Assembly: GCA_002382705.1 (NCBI GenBank)
Contig: DFZL01000031.1
Span: 1 to 24,811 of the forward strand
Source of the DNA: Geobacter sp. UBA4057
GTDB lineage: Bacteria; Desulfobacterota; Desulfuromonadia; Geobacterales; Pseudopelobacteraceae
DNA length: 24,811 nucleotides
Direction: 5' to 3'
Shown: piece after piece, positions 8,772-17,128 of the stretch
Position numbering within the stretch: the stretch's first letter is position 1
Layout: the number at the start of each line of letters is the position of its first letter
Position numbers and translations under genes: made by a program
Notes under the pieces: model-generated
Databases searched by the model: none
What the model was told of the DNA's origin: nothing
The model's input: only the letters and a program-made list of their open reading frames with translations

Positions 8772-9562
8772 GGCGCAATCCCCCTCTTGCCGCTGTTTTC
8801 AACCAGTCTGGCGAAGTAGAGCGAATTTTCCCTCCTCGTTTTCAGGTATCTCCAGAATGCAGGCAGCAATCTGAGCGGGTTTTTCCCCAGGTATCTCCTC
8901 CTGACCCTCCACTCCTCGCTGGAAGCCAGATCAGCCTCGAAGCTTGACCTGCTCTTTTCATGAACGCGGAAGCAGGAGAGCGGCCGGTCTATCAGTGCGG
9001 GGGTGCCGCAGATTTTCCCGACCCTCAGCCAGAGGTCGTAATCCATGGCATATCTGAGCGACAGGTCAAAAAGGCCGCAACTGTTGAAAGCGCTCCTGGT
9101 GACGAAGGTTGAAGGGTGAAGAAGCGTGTTCCCCATGAGGAGGGTTCTGTAATCGTATCCTCTCACCCTGATCTCGTCCATCTTCTCTCCGGTCTCGCCT
9201 GCGCAGAACATCCCCCCTGTCGCCCAGAGCCTCCCTGACTCCGCCAGCGCCTTGGCCACTGACGAAATGACACCGGTGTCAGGGTAGAAATCATCGGCAT
9301 GAAGATGGGCTATGATCTCTCCGGTCGAGAGCCTGATTCCCTTGTTCATCGCGTCCGAAATCCCGTTGTCAGGCTCTGAAATCCACCTTATCGACCGGTT
9401 TTCGTCCGCAAATCTCCTGATTGTCTCAAGGGTGCCGTCGCTCGAGCCTCCGTCTATCAGGATGTATTCGATATCGGGATACTCCTGGGAGAGGACGCTT
9501 CTGATCGTTTCCTCTATAAAGCGGGCTGAGTTCAGGGAGACCGTTATGACTGACACCTTCAT
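8768..9562 (-). CDS. GT2-family glycosyltransferase.
   Basis: 264 aa. Motifs present: KVSVITVSLNSARFIEETIRSVLSQEY, YILIDGGSSDGT and HADDF. ATGA overlaps at both ends. Confidence 0.85.
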   Translation of the reverse strand: MKVSVITVSLNSARFIEETIRSVLSQEYPDIEYILIDGGSSDGTLETIRRFADENRSIRWISEPDNGISDAMNKGIRLSTGEIIAHLHADDFYPDTGVISSVAKALAESGRLWATGGMFCAGETGEKMDEIRVRGYDYRTLLMGNTLLHPSTFVTRSAFNSCGLFDLSLRYAMDYDLWLRVGKICGTPALIDRPLSCFRVHEKSRSSFEADLASSEEWRVRRRYLGKNPLRLLPAFWRYLKTRRENSLYFARLVENSGKRGIAP

Positions 9563-10851
9563 CTTATCCTCCGCGATCCCGACGATTTCGCCTCTTTTCT
9601 CTTTCCTAGAAGCCTCCTGGCCGCTTCGGCTACTTTTCCCGGATCAATCGATTCGATGCAGCGGGGGGATTCATACTTGCATTTCCAGTTGCAATGGAAG
9701 CACTCCATGAAGTTAGTCATGACTATGTTCATCGACTCATCTCCCCAGGGGACAAACCTTCCGTGATGACCCCCTCCTGCTATTCCGATCGTCGGTATCC
9801 CCGCCGCGATCCCCATATGGAGCGGCGCGCTCTCCATCCCTATGAGAAGGTCGCATCTTGAGATGCAGCAGTAGAGCTGACGCAGGGTGGTTTTCCCCGC
9901 AAGATTGAGGCAGACGTGATTATTTGCTGAGCTTTTCTGTATAGTTGCCGCTGTTTCGTCAGCAAGGTCGATCTCTTCCGCCCCGCCGAAAATCAGGAAA
10001 TTCGCGCTTTCTCCGATTTTTTCCGCCATTATCCGGTAGTTTTCGGGAGCCCATGAACGGATTCTGTTTGAAGCCCCCGGAGATATCCCTATGACAGGCT
10101 TTTCTGAAGATGGAACAGCTGCAGCGGCGAAAACTTCGTCATCTTCCGAAACGAAAATGCGTGGTTTCATGTCGGAGATATCGCTGATATTGCACCCCAG
10201 ATGTTCAAGAAAGTCTGCTGTCGCAAGAAACTCATGCCTCCAGGGGTCGGCTCGGGAAATGTCCAGATATTCCGAAAAGAGCCTTTCCGGCGCCAGATGC
10301 GCGGGATACCCCTCCGGAGGCTCGTTCACCCCTGACCCTGCGATTCCGGCTATATTCCTTATCCCCAGATAGTGGATGACCTCTAGCTGCTCTGTTGAGG
10401 GGGAGACCAGGGGGAATATCAGAGCGTCATAAGCAGGATTCAGCCGGTTTGAAATCCTCTCGAGATTCTTGCATATCCTCCTCGGGAGCTTGAAGCGCAA
10501 AAGCGCCGATTTTTCATGTCTTTTCCAGAAAAGAAGCCTGGTGGAAGGGATCAGCCCGTCAATATCCGGCGAAAGCTCAAGGAGGTTCATTATATGCGGC
10601 TTTACCGCAACAGTGATCCCGGCTTCAGGATACCTCTTCCTTATGAGCGGAAAGGCTCCGCTGAAGAGGATCACGTCCCCTATGTTGTCCGGACGGAATA
10701 TCAGGATGCGCTTTGCCCTGCCGTGGGATTTTCTCATATCTGAATCCGTGACGCCTTCGCGGCTCCTCTCGCTTGGAATGCCCAAGTCCTGGCGTTTCAG
10801 GCCATAATAACCAGTGAGGCTGAGTTCACCCGGCAGTGTCGGCATGGACAT
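9559..10851 (-). CDS. GT9-family glycosyltransferase (ADP-heptose:LPS heptosyltransferase-like) with a Cys-rich C-terminal extension.
   Basis: GT9 hallmarks are present: KRILIFRPDNIGDVILFSGAFPLI near the N-terminus, then the GISPGAS...W, LIFGGAEE and LIGMESAPLHMGIAAGIPTIGI motifs. The C-terminal tail is ...FMECFHCNWKCKYESPRCIESID. The start is ambiguous: ATG at 10851, or an internal ATG at 10737 (MRKSHGRAKRILIF...) that gives a more typical GT9 N-terminus. Confidence 0.75.
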   Translation of the reverse strand: MSMPTLPGELSLTGYYGLKRQDLGIPSERSREGVTDSDMRKSHGRAKRILIFRPDNIGDVILFSGAFPLIRKRYPEAGITVAVKPHIMNLLELSPDIDGLIPSTRLLFWKRHEKSALLRFKLPRRICKNLERISNRLNPAYDALIFPLVSPSTEQLEVIHYLGIRNIAGIAGSGVNEPPEGYPAHLAPERLFSEYLDISRADPWRHEFLATADFLEHLGCNISDISDMKPRIFVSEDDEVFAAAAVPSSEKPVIGISPGASNRIRSWAPENYRIMAEKIGESANFLIFGGAEEIDLADETAATIQKSSANNHVCLNLAGKTTLRQLYCCISRCDLLIGMESAPLHMGIAAGIPTIGIAGGGHHGRFVPWGDESMNIVMTNFMECFHCNWKCKYESPRCIESIDPGKVAEAARRLLGKRKEAKSSGSRRIR

Positions 10852-10914
10852 TCACTGGCGGCGATTGGCCCCGGCATTTCGCTTGCTACGCAATTCAGGC
10901 ATCGCGGATTCAGG

Positions 10915-12216
10915 TCATGAACCCGGGTTTTTCCCCATCTTCCACTCCAGAAGCGGAGAGATGAAACCGAGCCTGCCGTCGCCGCTCCCAGGCCATCCGA
11001 CCTGCGTTACATGGAACGTCACTGGCTGCTCCACCTGATCGTAGAGCAGATTGTACGGGAAATGGGCGGCGACAGAGATGCTGTAGGAGCCTGGTGTCAG
11101 GAGGTTCGGGGGGATTACGCAGATAGCGGAGAACTCACCGGGTTCTCTGGGTATTGCAGGGGATCCGGCAGAATCGGTGTCAGCAGTTGTCAGGATGATC
11201 TCCCCTTCTGAATTGAGAAGGCGAAGCGATATCTGGCAGGCATTTATGTGGCGGCTTATGGCATATGATATCTTGATCTCTATCCGCTCGTCGGCGTCAA
11301 AGAGGGTGGCGCCATGCTGATTTCCGGTTTTGAGCTCTATCCTCTTGAATGAAAAAAATTCGCCCGGTTCCGAGCTACGTATCCAGAGCGAGGAGGATGT
11401 CCCCCCGCTGGAGCCGTACTCATCGAGAAGCTCTCTGGCGTCCCCGTATTTCACTACTTTCCCCGAGTCGAGCCACAGAGCGCTATGACAGAGCCTTGCC
11501 ACCGCTCCTATGTTGTGGCTGACAAAGAGAACCGTTCTCCCCTCTCTCCTTGAAACCTCCTCCATCTTACCGAGGCATTTCTTCTGGAACTGTGCGTCGC
11601 CTACCGCCAGAACCTCATCGATTATCAGTATGTCCGGCTCCAGATGAGCGGCCACCGCAAAGGCAAGGCGGACGTACATTCCTGAAGAGTAACGTTTGAC
11701 AGGGGTGTCCAGAAATTTCTCTACCTCCGAGAACAAGACTATCTCGTCGAATTTCCGCCTGATCTCGTTTCTTCCCATGCCTAGTATCGCGCCGTTGAGA
11801 TAGATGTTTTCACGCCCGGTAAGCTCCGAATGGAAGCCTGTGCCGACTTCAAGCAGTGTGGCTACCCTCCCTTTTACAGTCACCCTCCCTTTTGTGGGCT
11901 CCGTTATCCTGGATAGAATTTTGAGAAGCGTTGATTTTCCGGCGCCGTTTCTCCCTATTATCCCGACCCTGTCCCCATGCGCTATTTCAAATGATACTTC
12001 GTCAAGCGCCCAGAACTCTTCAAGCTCACTTTTTTTCCCGGCTCTGCCGGCGAAAGAGGGTTTTATGAGATCGCCCCCCCGACGCAGAAGCTCTTTCCCT
12101 TTTTTCACTATCAGAGCGCTCAGGAGTTCTTCCCGTTTTTCGATCTGATGGGAGAGGATGTATTTTTTCCCGATCCCTTCCGCTTTTATTACAATGTTGT
12201 CGCTCATTGTCACCAT
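10915..12216 (-). CDS. wzt: ABC transporter ATP-binding protein for polysaccharide export (Wzt/TagH/KpsT-like) with a C-terminal Wzt-type carbohydrate-binding domain.
   Basis: Walker A GRNGAGKST, signature YSSGM, Walker B ILIIDE and an H-loop SH are present. A roughly 170-aa C-terminal extension beyond the NBD (IRSSEPGEFFSFKRIELKTGN...SISVAAHF...VTFHVT) is typical of the O-antigen-terminus-recognising Wzt C-domain. The alternative ATG at 12207 has a GGTGA Shine-Dalgarno-like sequence. Confidence 0.85.
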   Translation of the reverse strand: MVTMSDNIVIKAEGIGKKYILSHQIEKREELLSALIVKKGKELLRRGGDLIKPSFAGRAGKKSELEEFWALDEVSFEIAHGDRVGIIGRNGAGKSTLLKILSRITEPTKGRVTVKGRVATLLEVGTGFHSELTGRENIYLNGAILGMGRNEIRRKFDEIVLFSEVEKFLDTPVKRYSSGMYVRLAFAVAAHLEPDILIIDEVLAVGDAQFQKKCLGKMEEVSRREGRTVLFVSHNIGAVARLCHSALWLDSGKVVKYGDARELLDEYGSSGGTSSSLWIRSSEPGEFFSFKRIELKTGNQHGATLFDADERIEIKISYAISRHINACQISLRLLNSEGEIILTTADTDSAGSPAIPREPGEFSAICVIPPNLLTPGSYSISVAAHFPYNLLYDQVEQPVTFHVTQVGWPGSGDGRLGFISPLLEWKMGKNPGS

Positions 12217-12353
12217 GAATGTAGATTCTGTCAGAAGAGCCCTGAAATGCCACCTGTCCGGTCAAATCTGCGGATCAGCATTGCGCGTCTCTCCTGGCGA
12301 TTCCGAAAAAATACCGTCACTACAGACGGAAAAAAGCCGATTCCGTATCCTTC

Positions 12354-13178
12354 TCATATTATGTCTGCAAACACTTTTTCCGTCCCTCTGAAGTATCTGA
12401 TCCCGCCGTAAAGCAGAAATGCGGAGAGGATGAAGGAGATGAGAAAACCTGGCCAGTACATTCCGGATACATCTCCAAGAATCGCCCAGCGGAAGCCGTC
12501 TATCACTCCGACCATCGGATTCATGGAGTATAGGAGCCGCCATTTTTCAGGCACCACGCCGCTTGCGAAACCGACAGGGGATATGTAGAGTCCGAACTGC
12601 ACCAAGAAGGGAACTATGTAGCGGAAATCCCTGTATCTGACATTCAGAGCGGCAAACCAGAGGCTTGCCCCGAGCGACGTGATGATGGCGAGCAGGAAAA
12701 AAAGAGGGAGCGTCACTATCCGCCAGTCAGGAATGAAGTGGTACCATATCATGAGGAACGCCAGGATCAGCAGGGAGATTAAGAAGTCTGCAATGCCGAG
12801 CGCAACTGAACTGGCAGGGACTATCATCCTTGGAAAGTAGACCTTTGATATCATGTTGGAGTTTGTTACAAGCGAGTTGCTGCTTTCCGAGAGTGAATTG
12901 GCGAAAAACTGCCAGGGGAGCATCGCGGCGTAGACCAGTATCGGATATGGCGCATCGCCGGATGGAAATTTTGCCAGCTTGCCGAAAATCACAGTAAAGA
13001 CCACCATCGTGAGGAAAGGTCTCAGCACGCTCCAGGCTATCCCTATCACGGTCTGCTTGTAGCGGACGAGAATGTCTCGCCATGCAAGAAAGAAAAAGAG
13101 CTCGCGGTACTCCCAGATATCTTTCCAGTAACGCTTATCCCTCTTTCCTGCCTCTATTATGACGCTTTTTCTGCTCAT
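12354..13178 (-). CDS. wzm: ABC-2 type polysaccharide exporter permease (Wzm/TagG-like).
   Basis: The ORF track starts at 13259 (TTG), overlapping the upstream gene by 62 bp. The ATG at 13178 (MSRKSVIIEAGKRDKRYWKDIWEYRELFFFLAWRDILVRYKQT...) gives the canonical Wzm N-terminus. Six hydrophobic segments are present and the gene is adjacent to the Wzt ATPase. Confidence 0.8.
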   Translation of the reverse strand: MSRKSVIIEAGKRDKRYWKDIWEYRELFFFLAWRDILVRYKQTVIGIAWSVLRPFLTMVVFTVIFGKLAKFPSGDAPYPILVYAAMLPWQFFANSLSESSNSLVTNSNMISKVYFPRMIVPASSVALGIADFLISLLILAFLMIWYHFIPDWRIVTLPLFFLLAIITSLGASLWFAALNVRYRDFRYIVPFLVQFGLYISPVGFASGVVPEKWRLLYSMNPMVGVIDGFRWAILGDVSGMYWPGFLISFILSAFLLYGGIRYFRGTEKVFADII

Positions 13179-13197
13179 GGTGCGGATGAGTGATCGT

Positions 13198-14172
13198 CTA
13201 CCTTGAAACAACGCCACTTCGACCGGACGACATCCCCTCGAAACGGAGTTCTCCGGCATATTCCCCTCTGTTGTAGATTGCCGCTCTTCCCGAGGGGAGG
13301 TATGAAGGGGTGCTGTTGGTTATCCTGAATGAAATGTCATTGGCCGGAAAGCCGGGTATTCTGAAGTCTGAAACGGGGAGACGGTATGTGCCGAATCTGA
13401 ATGCTCCGGAGTATTCAGGCGCAACTTTTCCGCTCTTCCCGAATTCTGCTACTCCACCCTGCGATGCCGTTATCCTGGCGCCGGAGGGGAGTTCGGCTGC
13501 GCGGCCGTAAAATGTAAGTTCCGCATTTCCCGGAGCATAAAAGCGTATATCGTAAAACGGCGTCCAGCCGTTGCCGGAGGTGGCGAAGCGGATTGTCATC
13601 ATCCCGTTCGGCGGGGTGATGTGAATTCTTGCGCCTCCACCGCCACCGGATGCTCTCTTCCGGGTTTCCACCATTCTCCTTTCCAGGCTCCTCATCTCCT
13701 CCGTTGCCTTTCTTTCTGCCATGTATACGGCCTCAAGGCTTGTTATGGCGTAATCTGTCCCCTGGCGTATGCTCTGCATCGGCTCCGGGTTTGTTTTTGT
13801 CTTTCGCGGTGTCTTTGTGCTCTGTGATTTTGCGGCAGCCATGAAAATCTGCTCTCTTGTGGAGAGCGCTTTAAGTCTCTCTTCCAGACGGTTCTTCTTT
13901 TCCTGAAGAAGTTCGAGCTCTTTCAGAACATTTCTGTCTACCCTTGGGGGGAGAAGTTCAACTCTGTTTATTTCCGCGCCGTGAAGGGGAGTAATCCTCA
14001 GGGTTCCTTCTATCATGTTACCAGGGAAGGTTGTCTCGGCCAGACCTTTCACCGCTCTCAACTGAATCTCCTCTATCGTTCCGTCACTCATTAAATTGAG
14101 GCTCCTCTCCGCCGCCAGGCAGTTGACCGCGGTTGCAACAACAAGAAAAAGCGGAGCGACGCTCTTGATCAT
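13198..14172 (-). CDS. Secreted hypothetical protein with a signal peptide and a central coiled coil; first gene of the glycan locus.
   Basis: An internal ATG at about 14172 gives MIKSVAPLFLVVATAVNCLAA (signal peptide). A heptad-like coiled-coil region (KELELLQEKKNRLEERLKALSTREQ...EEMRSLERRMVETRKR) is followed by a Gly-rich beta-type C-terminal domain. I recognise no catalytic motif. A weak DUF4139-like resemblance is possible but unverified. Confidence 0.5.
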   Translation of the reverse strand: MIKSVAPLFLVVATAVNCLAAERSLNLMSDGTIEEIQLRAVKGLAETTFPGNMIEGTLRITPLHGAEINRVELLPPRVDRNVLKELELLQEKKNRLEERLKALSTREQIFMAAAKSQSTKTPRKTKTNPEPMQSIRQGTDYAITSLEAVYMAERKATEEMRSLERRMVETRKRASGGGGGARIHITPPNGMMTIRFATSGNGWTPFYDIRFYAPGNAELTFYGRAAELPSGARITASQGGVAEFGKSGKVAPEYSGAFRFGTYRLPVSDFRIPGFPANDISFRITNSTPSYLPSGRAAIYNRGEYAGELRFEGMSSGRSGVVSR

Positions 14173-14335
14173 CTTCTTGCCCCTTTTCCCTAAAAAAGAG
14201 TGAACCGATAAAATGTCAGATACCTTACCATAGAGTTGCCGTGTTGCGAGAGACAAAATTGGACAAAAAGATGCCAGCAGTATTCAAACAGCAAGAATTG
14301 TGTTATCAATCACCCCTATCAGACTGAAAAAATTC
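14173..14335. promoter_or_regulatory. Divergent intergenic region likely to hold promoters for the minus-strand glycan locus and the plus-strand VKOR operon.
   Basis: A 270-bp AT-richer gap lies between divergent gene starts. The best minus-strand candidate is TTGATA-N17-TGAATACT (complement of about 14279-14309). It was not scored. Confidence 0.3.
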
Positions 14336-14466
14336 TGAGGTTCTTACAAAAGTCGTAAAGGCTGTCATTCCCGAGGCAGCAATCGGGAATTCATTTTTCA
14401 ACTGTATTAAAAGACTGGATCCATAATGGGATCATTCGGGGATGACACCCTTTTTCAAAAAGCTCC
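14336..14466. repeat. Structured palindromic repeat, copy A, medium form: left arm, short loop, right arm.
   Basis: The element reads TGAGGTTCTTACAAAAGTCGTAAAGGCTGTCATTCCCGAGG...ATCATTCGGGGATGACACCCTTTTTCAAAAAGCTCC. The two arms are inverted complements and match copy C at 21150-21398 almost base for base. The right arm supplies the spurious ATG of ORF 14442. Confidence 0.8.
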
Positions 14467-15503
14467 TCTGTCACCGGTGGAAAATGCATAAAACAGGGTT
14501 TCACGCAATTCTCTACTGGGCGGCTCTGCTTGCAGCCCTTCTGCTTTCGGTTGCCTCACAGATGAAGATATGCTCTTCAGCCTGCAGCGCGACTGCCGAT
14601 TTTTCAATATTCGGAATGGAGTTCGGCTGGTTCGGGATACTCTTCTTCATCTCCCTTGCCTCTGTCTCTGCCCTGGCGAAGCGATTCCCACCCTTCGCCC
14701 ATCTTGCGATGTTCATGCTGTTTTCCGCCGCAGGAGCGGAGGCAAGATTCATATGGATACAGAAGTATGAAATAGGGGAGTGGTGCACCATCTGCCTTTC
14801 AATAGCGGCTACCGTGTTTATTGCCGCTTCGGCCATGATTTATGAAAAATATGCCGATATCAAACATACCGGAGGAACAATGAAATTTATCCTCAAACAG
14901 TTTCCCTTCATTTCGATTGCTTTTATAATCGGCATGACGGCGGCGATTCTTGGCGTCGGAAGAGGAGATGCCGGCGCGGCCCCTCTCAACCAGTTTCTTG
15001 GCAAGCAGGACAGCGACGTGACGGTCTATTTCGTCAGCGACTGGTTCTGCCCTGTCTGCCAGAAGATAGAATCAAGAATCGAAGAGATGTTTCCAGAGGT
15101 AGCCAGAAGAGCAAGGGTAGGTTTTGTGGATATGCCGGTTCACAGGGAGACCCTCAATTTCACTCCGTACAACCTTCAGTTCATCTTTCACGAAAAAGAG
15201 AAATATATCCAGCTCCGTAAGGAGCTCTCCCTGCTGGCGCTCAGGACCAGGAACCCATCCAGGGGAGACGTCCAGAACGCTGTGATGAAGCATGGCGTAA
15301 AGCTGAGAGAGGTCGATTACGCTGATATACTTAACGGAATGCAGGCGGATCAGGCTGTATGCAGGGATTTCAAGGTCAAATTCACCCCGTCAGTGGTAAT
15401 CACCGCTTCCGGAACAGGCAGGAGCAAGGTTCTTGTGGGCGACAAGGAGATCAGCCTGACGGCTATCATCCATGCCATAAACTCTGTAAGGAGCAGAAAA
15501 TGA
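14442..15503 (+). CDS. Vitamin K epoxide reductase (VKOR)-family membrane oxidoreductase fused to a periplasmic thioredoxin/DsbA-like domain (DsbB-replacing disulfide-bond-formation enzyme).
   Basis: Five predicted TM helices. A loop Cys pair (CSSAC) follows TM1, and the VKOR active-site CXXC (WCTICLSI) sits at the start of TM4. The C-terminal soluble domain has the thioredoxin CXXC motif (WFCPVCQ). The listed ATG at 14442 lies inside repeat copy A, so the real start is probably the ATG at 14484 (MHKTGFHAILYW...). Confidence 0.75.
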   Translation: MTPFFKKLLCHRWKMHKTGFHAILYWAALLAALLLSVASQMKICSSACSATADFSIFGMEFGWFGILFFISLASVSALAKRFPPFAHLAMFMLFSAAGAEARFIWIQKYEIGEWCTICLSIAATVFIAASAMIYEKYADIKHTGGTMKFILKQFPFISIAFIIGMTAAILGVGRGDAGAAPLNQFLGKQDSDVTVYFVSDWFCPVCQKIESRIEEMFPEVARRARVGFVDMPVHRETLNFTPYNLQFIFHEKEKYIQLRKELSLLALRTRNPSRGDVQNAVMKHGVKLREVDYADILNGMQADQAVCRDFKVKFTPSVVITASGTGRSKVLVGDKEISLTAIIHAINSVRSRK

Positions 15504-17128
15504 AAAGAATAACAGGTATTTTAAAAAACCAGGTCACCTCTGGCGTCTTTATGGCGCTTTTCCTCTCCCTCTCTGTTTCGAGCCATGCTGCCCCGCTGAA
15601 GGTCAATGTCGCTCCGTTCAATGTTGTCGGGGCTCAGAACAGAGACGAGATGAAAACCACTCTTCAGGGGCTTCTCTCTTCCAGGCTGAACCAGGAGCAG
15701 GTTGCGCCGGAGGAAAATCCGTCAATGGCGGATTTTGTTATAACCGGCAGTTATGCCCGGTTCGGGAGTATGTTCAGCATAGATCTGATGATAAAAGAGG
15801 CCAAAACAGGTCGTGTCGCCAAAATATTCGAGCAGGGGGAGGGGGATGAGAACATAATTCCGGCCATAAACCGGTTGTCCAGAAAAGCGGAGAGTGAACT
15901 TGCAAGGCTGGTTTCACCTCCGGCTGCCACTGTCGCCGGGCAGGCGGCCTCTCCATCCGCGTCTCTCCCGGTTCCGGCTACTCTGCCCCCCAATCGGCAG
16001 GGGGTTGCGGTCATTTCACCTCCAGTATCGCCTTCAGCAGGCATGAAGAGAGAAGTCCCTCCTGCGGTGCAGACTCAAGAATCTCCGCGGGTTCTGGAGA
16101 GGGGAGGGCATGGCGGTTTTGCGATAAAGAGCGAGGGGGCTGACATATCTCCTGATGGTTCTTGGACAAGCGAGCCGCTTGAGGGGAATTACAACAGCAT
16201 GGCTCTTGGGAGGAGGCTTCCGGGTGGCGAGCTTGAGATATTCATCGCTGACGAGCATCTGATCCGCTACTACCTTAAGGGGGAAGGGAAGGGGTTGAGA
16301 CTCGTATCGGAAGTCAGGATACCTGTGCCGTCGCAGGTGCTAGGAATCGATACGGCAGATATCGATGGCGACAGGATTCCGGAGATATACGTCTCCATAA
16401 TCGACAGGGAAAAACTGGCCTCCAGGGTCTATACGGTTGACGGGAAAGAACTCAAACTGGTTTCAGACAGGCTGGCATGGTTTTTCAGAGGGATAGGGAA
16501 TGATTACGCCAGCCGGGTAATTTATGGCCAGGAACTCGGCACAAAAGGGGAATTCTACGGGGGGGTGGCCAGAATCAGGATGGACGGAAAGCGTCTTGAA
16601 GCGGGGAAGAGCCTCCCATTGCCCAGATATGCACATATTTTCAATTTCAACCTCTTAAACGGCTCTTCGGGCGGGACCCTGTTCACTTCGTTCAATGAAG
16701 AGGGATATCTGACAGTGACCGATCCAAAAGGGGAGGAGATATGGAAGAGCATCGAAAAGTACGGCGGTTCCGAAACCAGCTTTAAATTCAGGGATTATGC
16801 TCTGATCGGAGATACGGGGAGCCAGTACCGGATAATTTTTCTGGAGCAGAGGACAGTCACGATGGATGACGGGATGATGATTGTCCCGCGGAATGAAGGG
16901 ATGTTTGTTATAGGGAATGCACGTTCTTACAACAGGAACACCCTTTTAGGGCTTCGCTGGCAGGGGACGGCTTTCAAGGAGATGTGGCACACTAAAACCG
17001 AGCCGGGATACCTGGCCGATTTCGCCTATGACCCGGTTGCACGCTCTGTTGTGATGCTTGAGATCACCAGGAAGAGCGGGTTATCCGGGAAGGGGAAGAG
17101 TACAGTATCGATTAACAGGATAGATTAG
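15500..17128 (+). CDS. Secreted hypothetical protein with a TolB-like architecture: signal peptide, TolB-N/CsgG-like alpha/beta domain, Pro/Ala/Ser linker, and a C-terminal beta-propeller-like domain with an FG-GAP-type motif.
   Basis: The ORF track starts at 15359 (non-ATG). The ATG at 15500 (MKRITGILKNQVTSGVFMALFLSLSVSSHAAP) overlaps the VKOR stop as ATGA. The N-terminal domain (KVNVAPFNVVGAQNRDEMKTTLQGLLSSRL...FVITGSYARFGSMFSIDLMIKEAKTGRV) follows the TolB_N/CsgG/LpoB-type pattern. The linker is PPAATVAGQAASPSASLPVPATLPP. The C-terminal domain includes DTADIDGDRIPEIYVS. The mature protein contains no cysteine. Confidence 0.55.
   Translation: MKRITGILKNQVTSGVFMALFLSLSVSSHAAPLKVNVAPFNVVGAQNRDEMKTTLQGLLSSRLNQEQVAPEENPSMADFVITGSYARFGSMFSIDLMIKEAKTGRVAKIFEQGEGDENIIPAINRLSRKAESELARLVSPPAATVAGQAASPSASLPVPATLPPNRQGVAVISPPVSPSAGMKREVPPAVQTQESPRVLERGGHGGFAIKSEGADISPDGSWTSEPLEGNYNSMALGRRLPGGELEIFIADEHLIRYYLKGEGKGLRLVSEVRIPVPSQVLGIDTADIDGDRIPEIYVSIIDREKLASRVYTVDGKELKLVSDRLAWFFRGIGNDYASRVIYGQELGTKGEFYGGVARIRMDGKRLEAGKSLPLPRYAHIFNFNLLNGSSGGTLFTSFNEEGYLTVTDPKGEEIWKSIEKYGGSETSFKFRDYALIGDTGSQYRIIFLEQRTVTMDDGMMIVPRNEGMFVIGNARSYNRNTLLGLRWQGTAFKEMWHTKTEPGYLADFAYDPVARSVVMLEITRKSGLSGKGKSTVSINRID

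Noticed and set aside
12217-12353. Small ORFs (12026..12265, 12262..12543, 12148..12411) and the 137-bp wzm-wzt gap as a possible small gene.
   Set aside because: They overlap the ends of wzt and wzm in other frames and have no motifs. The gap is more simply an intercistronic region, possibly with an internal promoter.
13179-13259. Upstream extension of wzm (track start 13259, MPENSVSRGCRPVEV...).
   Set aside because: It is a non-ATG start that would overlap the preceding gene by 62 bp. The ATG at 13178 gives the canonical Wzm N-terminus.
14442-14483. VKOR start at ATG 14442 (MTPFFKKLLCHRWK).
   Set aside because: That ATG lies in the right arm of repeat copy A (ATGACACCCTTTTTCAAAAAG). The same arm creates false starts elsewhere, so the downstream ATG at 14484 before TM1 is more plausible. 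This remains uncertain.
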